Origin: the human T2T-CHM13v2.0 reference genome, Homo sapiens
DNA length: 64,000 bases
Direction: 5' to 3' (one strand)
NCBI RefSeq assembly: GCF_009914755.1
Contig: NC_060936.1
Part shown: positions 31,669-44,040 of the stretch, piece after piece
Layout: every line of letters starts with the position of its first letter
How positions within the stretch are numbered: the first letter of the stretch is position 1
Translations under genes and position numbers: made by a program
The notes under the pieces: model-generated
What the model saw: the letters and a program-made list of their open reading frames with translations, nothing else
The model's database searches: none
Told to the model about the DNA's origin: nothing

Positions 31669-32438
31669 TCACCATCACTGGCCATCAGAGAAATGCAAAT
31701 CAAAACCACAATGAGATACCATCTCAAACCAGTTAGAATGGCAATCATTAAAAAGTCAGGAAACAACAGGTGCTGGAGAGGATATGGAGAAATAGGAACA
31801 CTTTTACACTGTTGGTGGGACTGTAAACTAGTTCAACCCTTGTGGAAGTCAGTGTGGCCATTCCTCAGGGATCTAGAACTAGAAATACCATTTGACCCAG
31901 CCATCCCATTACTGGGTATATACCCAAAGGACTATAAATCATGCTGCTATAAAGACACATGCACACGTATGTTTATTGCGGCACTATTCACAATAGCAAA
32001 GACTTGGAACCAACCCAAATGTCCAACAATGATAGACTGGATTGAGAAAATGTGGCACATATACACCATGGAATACTATGCAGCCATAAAAAATGATGAG
32101 TTCATGTCCTTTGTAGGGACATGGATGAAATTGGAAATCATCATTCTCAGTAAACTATCGCAAGAACAAAAAACCAAACACCGCATATTCTCACTCATAG
32201 GTGGGAATTGAACAATGAGAACACATGGACACAGGAAGGGGAACATCACACTCTGGGGACTGTTGTGGGGTGGGGGGAGGGGGGAGGGATAGATTTAGGA
32301 GATATACCTAATGCTAAATGACGAGTTAATGGGTGCAGCACACCAGCATGGCACACGTATACATATGTAACTAACCTGCATATTGTGCACATGTACCCTA
32401 AAACTTAAAGTATAATAATAATAAAATAAAATAAAAAA
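31669..32438 (+). mobile_element. Young 5'-truncated L1PA2/3
   Basis: Uninterrupted ORF2 C-terminal frame to 32211, L1PA2/3-type 3' UTR with G-tract and A tail; no TSD seen. Confidence 0.9.
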
Positions 32439-33131
32439 AGAAACTGTAGACCAATGTTCCTTATGAACATCGATGCAAAAAACCTCAACAAAATACTAGC
32501 AAACTAATCCCAGCAGCATAATAAATGGATTAGAAACATGACCAAGTGGGATGCATTCTTGGAATACAAGAATGCCTTAACATATGAAAATTCACCATTA
32601 TAATACATAACATTAACAGAATAAAGGAAAAGAAACACATCATCATTTCAATTATTGCAGAAAAGGCATATGACAAAATTCAACACACTTTCATGATAAA
32701 AACACTCAACATGCTAGGAATAGAGAGAAACTACTTTAACATAATAGAAGCCTTAATGAAAACTCATACAGAACATCATAATCAATGGTAAAAGACTGAA
32801 AGTGTTTCCTCTAAGATCAAACACAAGGTAAGGATGCCCACTTTTACTACTTCTATTCAATATAGTGCTAGAAGTTTTAGCCAGAGCAATTAGGTAAGAC
32901 AAAAGCATCTAATGAAAGGCATCCTAATCAGAAAGGAATAATTAAAATTGTTTATGCTCACAAATGATATTTATCTTCTATTGTCTTGTATTTCTGCTCA
33001 CAGATAATATGAAAACCTTAAAGATTCTACAAAGAAACTATTAGAACAAATAAATAAATTCAGCAAAGTAGTAGGATACAAAGTTAACATACAAAAAGCT
33101 GCACTTTTATAAATTAATAATAAACAGTCTG

Positions 33132-33414
33132 GGCTGGGCACACTGTGGCTCACACCTATAATCCAAGCACTTTGGGAGGCTGAGATGGGTGGATCACTTA
33201 ATCTCAGGAGTTCAAGACCAGCCTCGGCAACATGGTGAAACCCTGTCTGTACAAAAAATTACTAAAATTAGCAGGGTATGGTGGTGTGTGCCAGTAATCC
33301 CAACTACCCGAGAGGATGAGGTGGGAACATTGGTTGGGCTGCAGTAAGCCATGATCATGTCATTGCACTCCAGCCTGGAAAACAGAGTGAGACTCTGTCT
33401 CAAAAAACCCCAAA
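33132..33414 (+). mobile_element. AluJ-type (internally deleted)
   Basis: Alu consensus with TSD aa(a/c)cagtctg. Confidence 0.85.
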
Positions 33415-33717
33415 AACCAGTCTGAAAAGGAGATTAAGTAAATAATTCAATTTAAAATAGTATCAACAAGAATAAATTATTTAGGAATTAACCAAGAAGG
33501 TAAAAGACTTGTGAAAAAACAATGAAAACTACAAAATATTTCTGAGAGAAATTAGAGAAGATGTAAATAAATGGAAAGACACCATGCTCATGGGTTGGCA
33601 AACTTAATATCATTAAGATGTCAATACTGCCCAAAGTGTTGTACGTATTTAATGCAATCCCTTACATAATTCCAATTTTTTTTGCAGAAATAGAAAAACT
33701 CATTCTAAAATTAATAT

Positions 33718-33880
33718 GGCATGGTGGCTCATACCTGTAATCTCTACACTTTGGGAGGCTGAGGCAGAAGGATTGCTTCAGCTCTGGAGGTCGAGGCTGC
33801 AGTGAGCCAAGATCGCACCATTGCACTCCAGCCTCAGCAACAGAGTGAGAGTTTGTCTCAAAAAAAAAAAATTAAAATAA
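33718..33880 (+). mobile_element. Alu monomer (FRAM-like)
   Basis: Single Alu arm with A tail. Confidence 0.75.
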
Positions 33881-36689
33881 AATGAACGTGGAATCTCAAG
33901 GGACCAAAATAGCCAAAACAACCCTGTAAAAGAACAAAGCTGGAGGACTCCCACTTCCTGATTTCAAAACTTACCACAAAGCTACAGTAATCAAAACAGT
34001 GTGGTGGTGGCATAAAGACACATATACAGATCAATGAAACAGACTAGGGAGTTCAGGAATATATCTTCACTTACATGGTCAAATGATTTTCAACAGTGTG
34101 CCAAGACTCTTCAATTGAGGAAAAAACAGTCTTTTCAACCAGTGGTATTGGAAATACTGGATGTCCACATCCAAAAGAATAGTGTTGGATCCTTAGCTAA
34201 CACCATATACAAAATTAACTCCAAATTGATCTGCTACCTAAATACAAGAGCTAAAATTATGAAATTCTTAGAGGAAAACATAGGGGAAGTGCTTCATGAA
34301 ATTGGATTTGGCAATGATTGCTTGGATATGAAACCAAAAGCATAAGGAAACAAGAGAAAAAACAGACAAATTGGACTTCATGAAAAAGACAACCCACAGA
34401 ATGGGAGAAAATATTTGCTAATCATGTATCCAATATGAGATTAATGGCCAGAATATATAGATAACCCTTAAGACTCAAGAAGAAAATGCCAAACAACCTG
34501 ATTCAAAAATGGGCAAAGGACTTGAATAGACATTTCTCCAAAGAAGATATACAAATGACCAATAAGCACATGAAAAGATGCTCAACATCACTAATCATTA
34601 GGGAAATGCAAGCAAATGAAAACTATGAGATACCACCTCATACTTACTAGGATGGCTACTACCAAAATAGTAGTACAAACAGAAAATAAGTGTTGAAAAG
34701 GACGTGGAGAAATTGGAGCCCTTGTGGATGGTTGGTGGGAATGTAAAATGATACAACTGCTATAGAAAACAGCATAGTGGTTTCCCAAAGAGTTAAAAAT
34801 AGTTTTATCTGAAAGTCTTAATAAAGAAAAAAAGAGAAAGAAAAAAGTTAAAAGTAGAATTACCATATGATCCTGAAATTCCACTTCTGGGTGTTACTCA
34901 CAAGAATTGAAAGTGGGATCTCAAAGACATATTTGTGCACCATGTTCACAGCAGCAGCATTCACAATAGCTAAAACATGGAGGCAACTCAAGTGTCCATT
35001 GATGCATGCATGGATAAGCAAAATGTGGTATATCCACACAATGGAATATTATTTATGTATAAAAAGGAAGGAAATTCTGACACATGCTATGACATAGATG
35101 AACCTTGAAGTCTTTATACTGAGTAAAATAATCCAGACAAAAAAGGACAAATATTTTATGATTCCATTTATATGAGGTACTTACAGTAGTCAAAATATTA
35201 GATACAGAAGGTGGTTCAGAGCTTGGGAGAGAAGAGAATGGGGAGTTATTGTTTAATGGGTATGAGGTTTTAATTTTAAAAGATGAAAAGAGTTCTGGAG
35301 ATGGAGGGTGCTGGTGGTTACACAAGAGTATGAATGTACTTAATACCACTGAACTGTACACTTAAAAATAGTTAAGATAGTAAGTTGACTTGCTATCTCC
35401 TCCTCATACTCCAGGTTTCAGTTTAAATGTTACTTTTTCTGGACATTTTTTCTTGAGCCTCCAACCTGGGTCTCAACACAGGTTATATATCCTCAAATAT
35501 ATGCTGTATTACATACCCCAGATCACCCTGCACTTCCTCCTTGATGAAGCTGTTCCCCATGGTGACAAAGACTCAGCTCATGTTGGTCCTTCCTGTATCC
35601 CTGGTGCCTACATCAGCACATAGTAGACAGTAAGTGTTTAATAAATACTTATTGAATGGGTACAATGTCTATTTTTTCTTCAGATTGAGTCCCTTTTCAT
35701 GCAGTGGTTGGGAGAATGAATGGGAGCTGTAGTTTCCTAGTGAGCCCTGATCTGAGTCCAGCCACCTTGACTCTTCTGAGGCTCCTCAGGGCTTCCTACT
35801 AATAGGTGGCCCCATTAGTGGGCTGCCTGGTATGGCTTTGACCCTACAGATCCAGATTTGGAGTGTGCGTGTCACTTTGACCTTTGCTTTGGGACTCTGA
35901 AGCATTATGTTAGGAGAGTGTTTTTGGCTCATTGTAATTTTCCCCCCCTCGTATTTGATCACTTTGGTTATGAGGTAGCATGAATGCAGTTAGCACTCAG
36001 AGAAGCTGCCACTTGCCACTTAGGGCATCACACAATTTTTGTTTTCCTTCTAACTTAACATCTGTACCTGTTGAATAAACAGTGTTGTTCAATAAAACTG
36101 CAGATATTCTACTTGGTAATTTCTATAGAACCAAATTCAGCTCTTGGGGACTGTAACACTCGCATTGCAAAAGTTAGAAGTAGAAATCAGCAGGGAAGAG
36201 AAAGAAGAAAGAGAATAATGAAAGAAAAATGCAGGCTTATTAGCAGAATGCTTGGCTCTTGCTTCTCGAATATTTTAAATTCAGAAAAAAGTTAAAAAAT
36301 TCAAGTGCAACCTTATCATTAATATAAATTAACATTTATTAATTATACACTTAGGGCATTTCTCTGAAGTGAGTTTAATGAACAAATAACTAGGTTTGGT
36401 AATATCTTGGCTGAATATCACTATCCTCTTGAGAAGGTGAATAGTTGAAATAGCATGGTCTGATTGCTACAGACTAACATTATTCTGTTTCATTCTCCAC
36501 TCTGCTCTTCCTTCTCCCAAGGGCACAAATGAACAAAACAATGGTTTCTTAATTGTTTAGCACTCAATTTTCTGCCTAGCAAAAACTGTGCGGTTATGCC
36601 AGTTCTCATACAGTTTTAGTTAAAATAGAAGATTATTGCAATTAGAATTCAGTGCATATTAACCTTTAATTCATTTCTACCAGTTTAAA

Positions 36690-38515
36690 CAAACTCTATT
36701 GTAGAAAATTTCAAACATTTACGAAGCAAACCAAGAATAATAAATATCCTTGCACCCATGACTCAGGTTTGACAATTATCAACATTCTGCCCTTTTGTTT
36801 AATCTATACTTTCAGCCAATATCCACATCACATTCATTTTTTAAAGGTAAATTTCACCTCTAGTGAGATACCCAAATAATAACTATACAATTTGGACAAT
36901 ATGTACATTTGTGTAACCCACATCATAAAATTTAGAACACCCCATCACCCCAGAAAGTTCCTTCCTCTTTTTTCTCAGTTTCCCTCTTTCCCACCATCCA
37001 GCTAACCAGTCTTCTAAGTTTTTTTCACCATAGATTGGTTTTTCCTGTTCTAGAATTTCATACACATGGAATCATTAAATATATTTTCTTTTGTATCAGG
37101 TTTCTTTTGCCCAGCATGTCTGTGAGTTTCATTGCTATTATTGCATTTATTATTAATTCATTCTCTTTTTATTGCTAAGACATGTCCCATGGTATGAATA
37201 TAAAACAGTTTGCTTATTCATCCTCCTGTTTATATATAATGGGTTGTTTTTAGTTTTAGGTGTTGTAAATAAGGCTGTTAAGAACATTCTTGTACAAGTC
37301 TTTTTGTGGATATGTTTTCCTTTCCACAAATAAGTAAAATACCTATGATAGAATAGCAGAGTCAAAAGATATATGTATATTTAACTTTAAATGAAACAGA
37401 AACCTTTTCCCAAAGTGGTTGTGTTATTTCAGATTCCTACCAGTAGTGTATGTGAGTTCTATTTTCTCTTATATTCTAACAAATATTGTCAGTTGTCTTT
37501 TTAATTTTAGTCATTCTAGTAGGTGTGTAGTGGTTTCTTATTGTAGTTTCAATTTCCACTTCTTTGATAACTAATGATATTAAACAATTTTGTTGTGTTT
37601 ATCAGACAATTTTAAATTTTAAAATAAATTTCCTTTGTAAAAGTGTCTGTTCAAATATTTTGCCCATTTTTTCTTCGATTGTTTTTCTTTTTACTATTGA
37701 GTTATAAAAAGCCTTTGTATTTTCACTTAAAAGTTTTTTTTAATCAGATAAATGTTTCATGAATATTTTCTTCCAGTCTGTGGCTTGCCTATTCATGTTC
37801 TTAACATTTTCAATGAGCAGAGTTCTTTAATTTTGAAGTTTAATTTACCAATTAAAAACATTTTGTGGTTATTGCTTTCCGTGTCCTAACAAATTTTTGT
37901 CTACTCCTAGTTGTGAAAATAGTCTTTTACATTTTATTCTAAGAGCTTTAGAGTTTTAGCTTTTATATTTGAGTCTATAATATTTATATGAAATTCATTT
38001 TTGTTTATGGTGTGAAGTAAGAGTTCAGGTTTACTCTTTTTCTTATAGCTGTCCAGATGTTCTAGAACCATTTGCTGAAAATACTTTCCTCATTGAATTG
38101 CTTTGGTGTCTGTTGCAAATCAATGGACTATGTATGTGTGGGTCTATTTCCAGATTTTATATTTGGTTCTACTGATCTATTTATTTATGTTTAAGCCAGT
38201 AATACACTGTCTTGGTTACTTTATAGTAAGTCTTAAGGTCAGAAGTGTAAGTCCTTCAGCTTTGTTTTTCTTTTACAAGGTTGTTTTGACCATTCTAGGT
38301 CTTCTGCATTTCTATACACATTTTAGAATCAGCTTGTCAATTTCTATGAAAAAGCCTGCTGAGATTTATGAATGGGATTGCACTGAAGCTATAGATCAAT
38401 TAGGGGAAAATTCTCAACAGTATCAAGTCTTCCAAATTATGAACACTCAAATTAATGGACATAAAATATGTCTCAATTTATTTAAATCTTCCTTTTTTTT
38501 TTTTAGCAATTTTAA
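36690..38515 (-). mobile_element. Old L1M (MC/ME-type) 3' portion
   Basis: Diverged antisense ORF2 end and 3' UTR motifs. Confidence 0.7.
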
Positions 38516-38519
38516 ATAT

Positions 38520-38707
38520 TTTTCTTTTTTCTTGTTTATTTATTTAAGACGGAGTCTTGCTCTGTTGCCCAGTTTGGAATGTGGCAGTACAATCACAGCT
38601 CACTGTAACCATGAACTCTTGGGCTCAAGTGATCCTCTTGCCTCAGCCTCTTGAGTGGGTGGGAGAGAGGTGTATGCCACCACAACTGGCTAATTAAAAA
38701 TTTTGTT
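38520..38707 (-). mobile_element. AluJ right arm only
   Basis: Antisense right monomer ending in the A-rich linker. Confidence 0.8.
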
Positions 38708-38932
38708 TTGAGAACTTGTTTGGAGGTTCTAGCAAGGGAGTGCAGCTACTCCTATACCCTTGACCAAAGACTGCAGTCCTCCTCTATCAGGGATGGTCAT
38801 CCTCTTTGACCGAGTGCACAAAGGGCTAATATACATGGAGCAGTGAGGGAGGAAGGGGACACCCGCCTAGCCAGCCAGATCAGCCAAATCAACCCTGGCC
38901 ATCAATAGGGTGACAGATGTCACAGCCAGATC
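38708..38932 (-). pseudogene. 7SK snRNA retropseudogene (about nt 13-241)
   Basis: Reverse complement reads gatctggctgtgacatctgtcaccc..gatctggctggctaggcgggtgtccccttcctccctc..ctagaacctccaaacaag, matching recalled RN7SK. Confidence 0.92.
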
Positions 38933-41396
38933 AAGTCAGCTTCATCCCTTGGATGTAAGCCTGATTCAACATATGCAAATCAATAAATGTAATCCATCAC
39001 ATAAACAGAACCAATGACAAAAACCACATGATTATCTCAATAGATGCAGAAAAGGCCTACCTTTGAAAAAATTCAGCACCCCTTCATGCTAAAAACTCTC
39101 AATAAAATAGGTATTGATGGACTGTATCTCAAAATAATAACAGCTATTTATGACAAACCCACAGCCAATATCACATTGAATGGGCAAAAGCTGGAAGCAT
39201 TCCCTTTGAAAACTGGCACAAGACAAGGATGCTCTCTCTCACCACTCCTATTCAACATAGTATTGGAAGTTCTGGCCAGAACAATCAGGCAAGAGAAAGA
39301 AATAAAGAGAAAGAAACTGGGCAACAGAGCAAGACTCTGTCTTAAATAAATAAACAAGAAAAAAGAAAAATATTAAAAATTGCTTACAAAAGGAAGATTT
39401 AAATAAATGGAGACATTCAAACAGGAAAAGAGGAAATCAAATTGTCTTTGTTTGCAGATGACATGATTGTATATTTAGAAAACTCCATCATCTCAGCCCC
39501 AAATCTCCTTAAGCTGATAAGCAACTTCAGCAAAGTCTTAGGATACAAAATCAATGTGCAAAAATCAGAAGCATTCCTATACACCAGTAATAGACAAACA
39601 GAGAGCCAAATTATGAGTGAACTCCCACTCACAATTTCTACAAAGAGAATAAAATACCTTGGAATACAACTTACAAGGGATGTGAAGGACCTTTTCAAAG
39701 AGAACTACAAACCGCTTCTCAAGGAAATAAGAGTGGACACAAACAAATGGAAAAACATTCCATGCTCATGGATAGGAAGAATCAACATCATGAAAATGGC
39801 CATACTGTCCAAAGTAATTTATAGATTCAATGCCATCTCCATCAAGCTACCATTGACTTTCTTCACAGAATTGGAGAAAACTACTTTAAATTTCCTATGG
39901 AATCAAAAAAGGGCCTGTATAGCCAAGACAATCCTAAGCAAAAAGAACAAAGCTGGAGCCATCGTGCTACCTGACTTCAAACTATACTACGAGGCTCCTA
40001 CAAGGTTACAGTAACCAACACAGCATGGTACTTGTACCAAAACAGATATATAGACCAATGGAACAGAAGAGAGGCCTCAGAAATAACACCACACATCTAC
40101 AACCATCTGATCTTTGACAAACCTGGCAAAAAGAAGCAATGGGGAAAGATTCCCTGTTTAATAAATGGTGTTGGGAAAACTGGCTAGCCATAGGCAGAAA
40201 ACTTAAACTGGACCCCTTCCTTACACCTTATACAAAAATTAACTCAAGATGGATTAAAGACTTAATTGAAAGACCTAAAACCATAAAAACCCTAGAAGAA
40301 AACCTAGGCAATACCATTCAGGACATAGGCATGGGCAAAGACTTCATGACTAAAACACCAAAAGCAATTACAACAAAAGCCAAAATTGACAAATGGGATC
40401 TAATTAAACTAAAGAGCTTCTGCACAGCAAAAGAAACTATCATCAGAGTGAACAGGCAACCTACAGAATGGGAGAAAAATTTTTGCAATCTATCCATCTG
40501 ACAAAGGGCTAATATCCAGAATCTACAAGGAACTTAAACAAATTTACAAGAAAAAATCAACCCCATCAAAAAGTGGGAGAAAGACATGAACAGACACTTC
40601 TCAAAAGAAGACATTTATGTGGCCAATAAACATATGAAAAAAAGCTCATCATCCCTGGTCATTAGAGAAATGCAAATCAAAACCACAATCAGATACTATC
40701 TCATGCCAGTTAGAATGGTGATCATTAAAAAGTCAGGAAACAACAGATGCTGGAGAGGATGTGGAGAAATAGGAACGTTTTTACGCTGTTGGTTGGAGTG
40801 TAAACTAGTTCAACCATTGTCGAAGACAGTGTGGCTATTCCTCAAGGATCTAGAACCAGAAATACCATTTGACCTAGCAATCCCATTACTGGGTATACAC
40901 CCAATGGATTATAAGTCATTCTACTATAAAGACACATGCACATGTATGTTTATTGCAGTATTATTCAGAACAGCAAAGACTTGGAACCAACCCAAATGCA
41001 CATCAATGATAGACTAGATAAAGAAAATGTGGCACATATACACCATGGAATACTATGCATCCATAAAAAAGGATGAATTCATGTCCTTTGCAGGGACGTG
41101 GATGAAGCTGGAAACCATCATTCTCAGCAGACTAACACTGGAACAGAAAACCAAACACCAAATGTTCTCACTCATAGGTGGGAGTTGAACAATGAGAACA
41201 CAACAGGTAGAGGAACATCACACACCGGGGCCTGTTGGGGAGTAGGGGGCTAGGGGAGGGATAGCATTAGGAGAAATACCTAATGTATATGACGGGTTGA
41301 TGGGTGCAGCAAACCACCATGGCACGTGTATACCTATGTAACAAACCTGCATGTTCTGCACATGTATCTCAGTCCTTAAAGTATTAAAAAAAAAAA
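38929..41396 (+). mobile_element. 5'-truncated L1PA7/8-type element
   Basis: ORF2 RT to C-terminus fragments (39044-41190), PA7-type 3' UTR, A tail; no TSD seen. Confidence 0.9.
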
Positions 41397-41399
41397 TCC

Positions 41400-41563
41400 A
41401 CAAAAATTAGCTGGGTGTGGTGGCACATGCCTGTAGTCCCAGCTACTCAGGAGGCTGAGGCAGGAGAATCGCTTGAACCAGGAGATGGAGGTTGCAGTGA
41501 GCAGAGATCACATCACTGCACTTCAGCCTGGGTGACAAAGTGAGACTGTGTGAAAAAAAAAAA
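41400..41563 (+). mobile_element. AluS right arm only
   Basis: Starts at the linker caaaaattagctggg directly after the L1 tail. Confidence 0.85.
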
Positions 41564-42646
41564 GGCATTGGCTTTGAGGTGAAATATGAATGCTTAAGGC
41601 AGAATACCTCAATACCAGTTTATATTATTAATTCTGGAAAGATTTTAAAGACAATGTTATATGCACTGTTTTCTACAACGTGTCCCTATAAACCATTTTT
41701 GAGGGCTTGGAAGATTATGGTGGCTGTTTCCATATTAAAATGTTAATGTCTGAGTCAAGTTGGTGGTTTTTGAACCTGAAAGATCAAACAGTTCTATTTA
41801 ATTGTATTAACCAAATTGATTTTAAACCAGCGGAATTATTTGCAGTGCTTAAAAAGTCATTATTTTCCATTCAAGTGAGATAAATGGGTCACCTTGGGAT
41901 TTGCAGCTGGAGTTTTCCTTTATGATAATATATTGGGAACCAAGTCATTTGTCCTAATGACACTCTCAGCAAAGGTTCACCAAACCTGTCTTGATTAATT
42001 TTTCAAAAGCACTTGAAGAGATTTACCAATTACACTTTCAGGGGTTGATTTGATCAGCTCCACATGGTTGCACAATCTGCATCTTGCTACTTAAACTCCA
42101 ACAGACCAAAATGGTTAAAAGAGGTCTGATGGAAATAAACTATGAACTCAATTCTAATGTGGTCTAAACTTGTATGCTTTAAATTACTGCATATTTGGGA
42201 TGCTGCATATAAAATGATCTAATGCAAATTCTCAAATTCTGAAAAAGTAGTGAGGGAGCAAATATTAATTCCATTTTGCCAGTGAGAGATACTGTGACAG
42301 AAAACGATAAAGGAACTGAAGATGGCACACTGAACACCACCACAGGACGATTAATCGTTTTCTTTCATCTCCGCTCCCATCCTTCGTTTCTGTGGCAGTT
42401 ATCATTACATTCTGGCAGTAATGTGGTGGTAAGTAATCTGCATTTTCAATTCTCACAGACATTATACAGTTCCTTTTTGAAACAAATTGCTTTTTCTTTT
42501 TTGGTCTCTTCTAAAATCTTTCTTCTCAAAGTATGGTCCTTGGCTTAGCAGCAATGGCATCAACTAGTTGCTAATTAGAAATGCCCAGATTCTGCTAGAT
42601 CAATCTGTTTCATTCATGTGTATATTAAAATCAAGAAGCACTCTCT

Positions 42647-42976
<330 letters not shown>

Positions 42977-43409
42977 TCAGCTGTGCAAGCTTGAGAATCA
43001 CTGCTTTAGCATAATGTTGCATCTGGGTGGCCTCACTTTCAAACTTACCATTCGTAAAACGGAATTTTTATATGCTTTTTATATAGTATGTTTGTTGCTC
43101 CATAAAGGAAGTTGAGGAATTCAGGATTGTTCTTACTTAATCCATCCATTAATTAAATAACTCTTCTTTTAAGAACAAATGCTTTTAATCTCATGACTAA
43201 CAAACCTTGTTATGTCAATTTGTGCATTAAGCATTGTTATGTGAAAACCTACTCAGCGTTTCACAAAATGTGAGGAAAGAAATAGAAAATAAAGAAATGT
43301 GTTTGGTTTTAGTCATTATTACGGTAGGATAAACTCTGATTATCATAACAGAAAAGAATTTCAATTATGAAATTCAGAGCACACATGAGAATAGATAAGG
43401 TCACTAGGT

Positions 43410-43567
43410 AAGATACAGGAAATCCAGTTAAATTTGAATTTCAGATCAACTGTAAATATTTTTTTTTTACCTAAGAATTTAGCATTTTTTAGTATAAGTA
43501 TTTAGTAGAAATAGGTTCCATGAAAGTACCTGGGACATAGTTTTATTTGCTAAATCTGGCAACCCTA
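43410..43567. mobile_element. MER53-like hAT MITE fragment
   Basis: atacagg..ccagttaaatttgaatttcagat and terminal tttgctaaatctggcaacccta. Confidence 0.65.
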
Positions 43568-44040
43568 AGAAATAAGCCAGGCAAAATGAGGGGTAAATTA
43601 TTATATTTATAATCATTAAAAATTGGAACCTATATGATATGCTATCAGGCCAGCTACATAAGTTACCTTTTATAGAATATTTTACAATTAAGGAGCAATA
43701 ATGTATGCTGTGTTCCGTGATTGCAGCTCAATATGAAATCTCTAAGTAATTTTGATCAAGAAATTTCTTTGCGTTGATGTCGAAACACAAGCAATAATAA
43801 TTTAAAATAATCCCATGCATCCTGATTACCATTCTACTAATTTTATTAATTTATGTGTAAAATGTTGAACCAAAACAATACACTGCAATGTTCTTAAAAG
43901 AAGAGGAGAGAGAGAGGAAAAAAAAAGGAGAAAAAGAAAAGCCATACCGAAATTCTGAGCTGTTGGAAAACTCAGCCAGCAGCAGAGGGCACTAATGTAT
44001 CACTGATGAATTGTGCATCACAAGAGGCTTAAACATTTTT

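Noticed and set aside
31315-32211. Longest ORF in the window (298 aa, Y/I/V/C-rich)
   Set aside because: Translation of a TA/TG microsatellite fused by chance to the L1 ORF2 C-terminus; no promoter or gene context
38708-39050. 7SK-L1 chimeric retrogene of the U6-L1 type
   Set aside because: 7SK and L1 are in opposite orientation and joined 5' to 5', which does not fit a standard template-switch chimera; treated as a deletion junction
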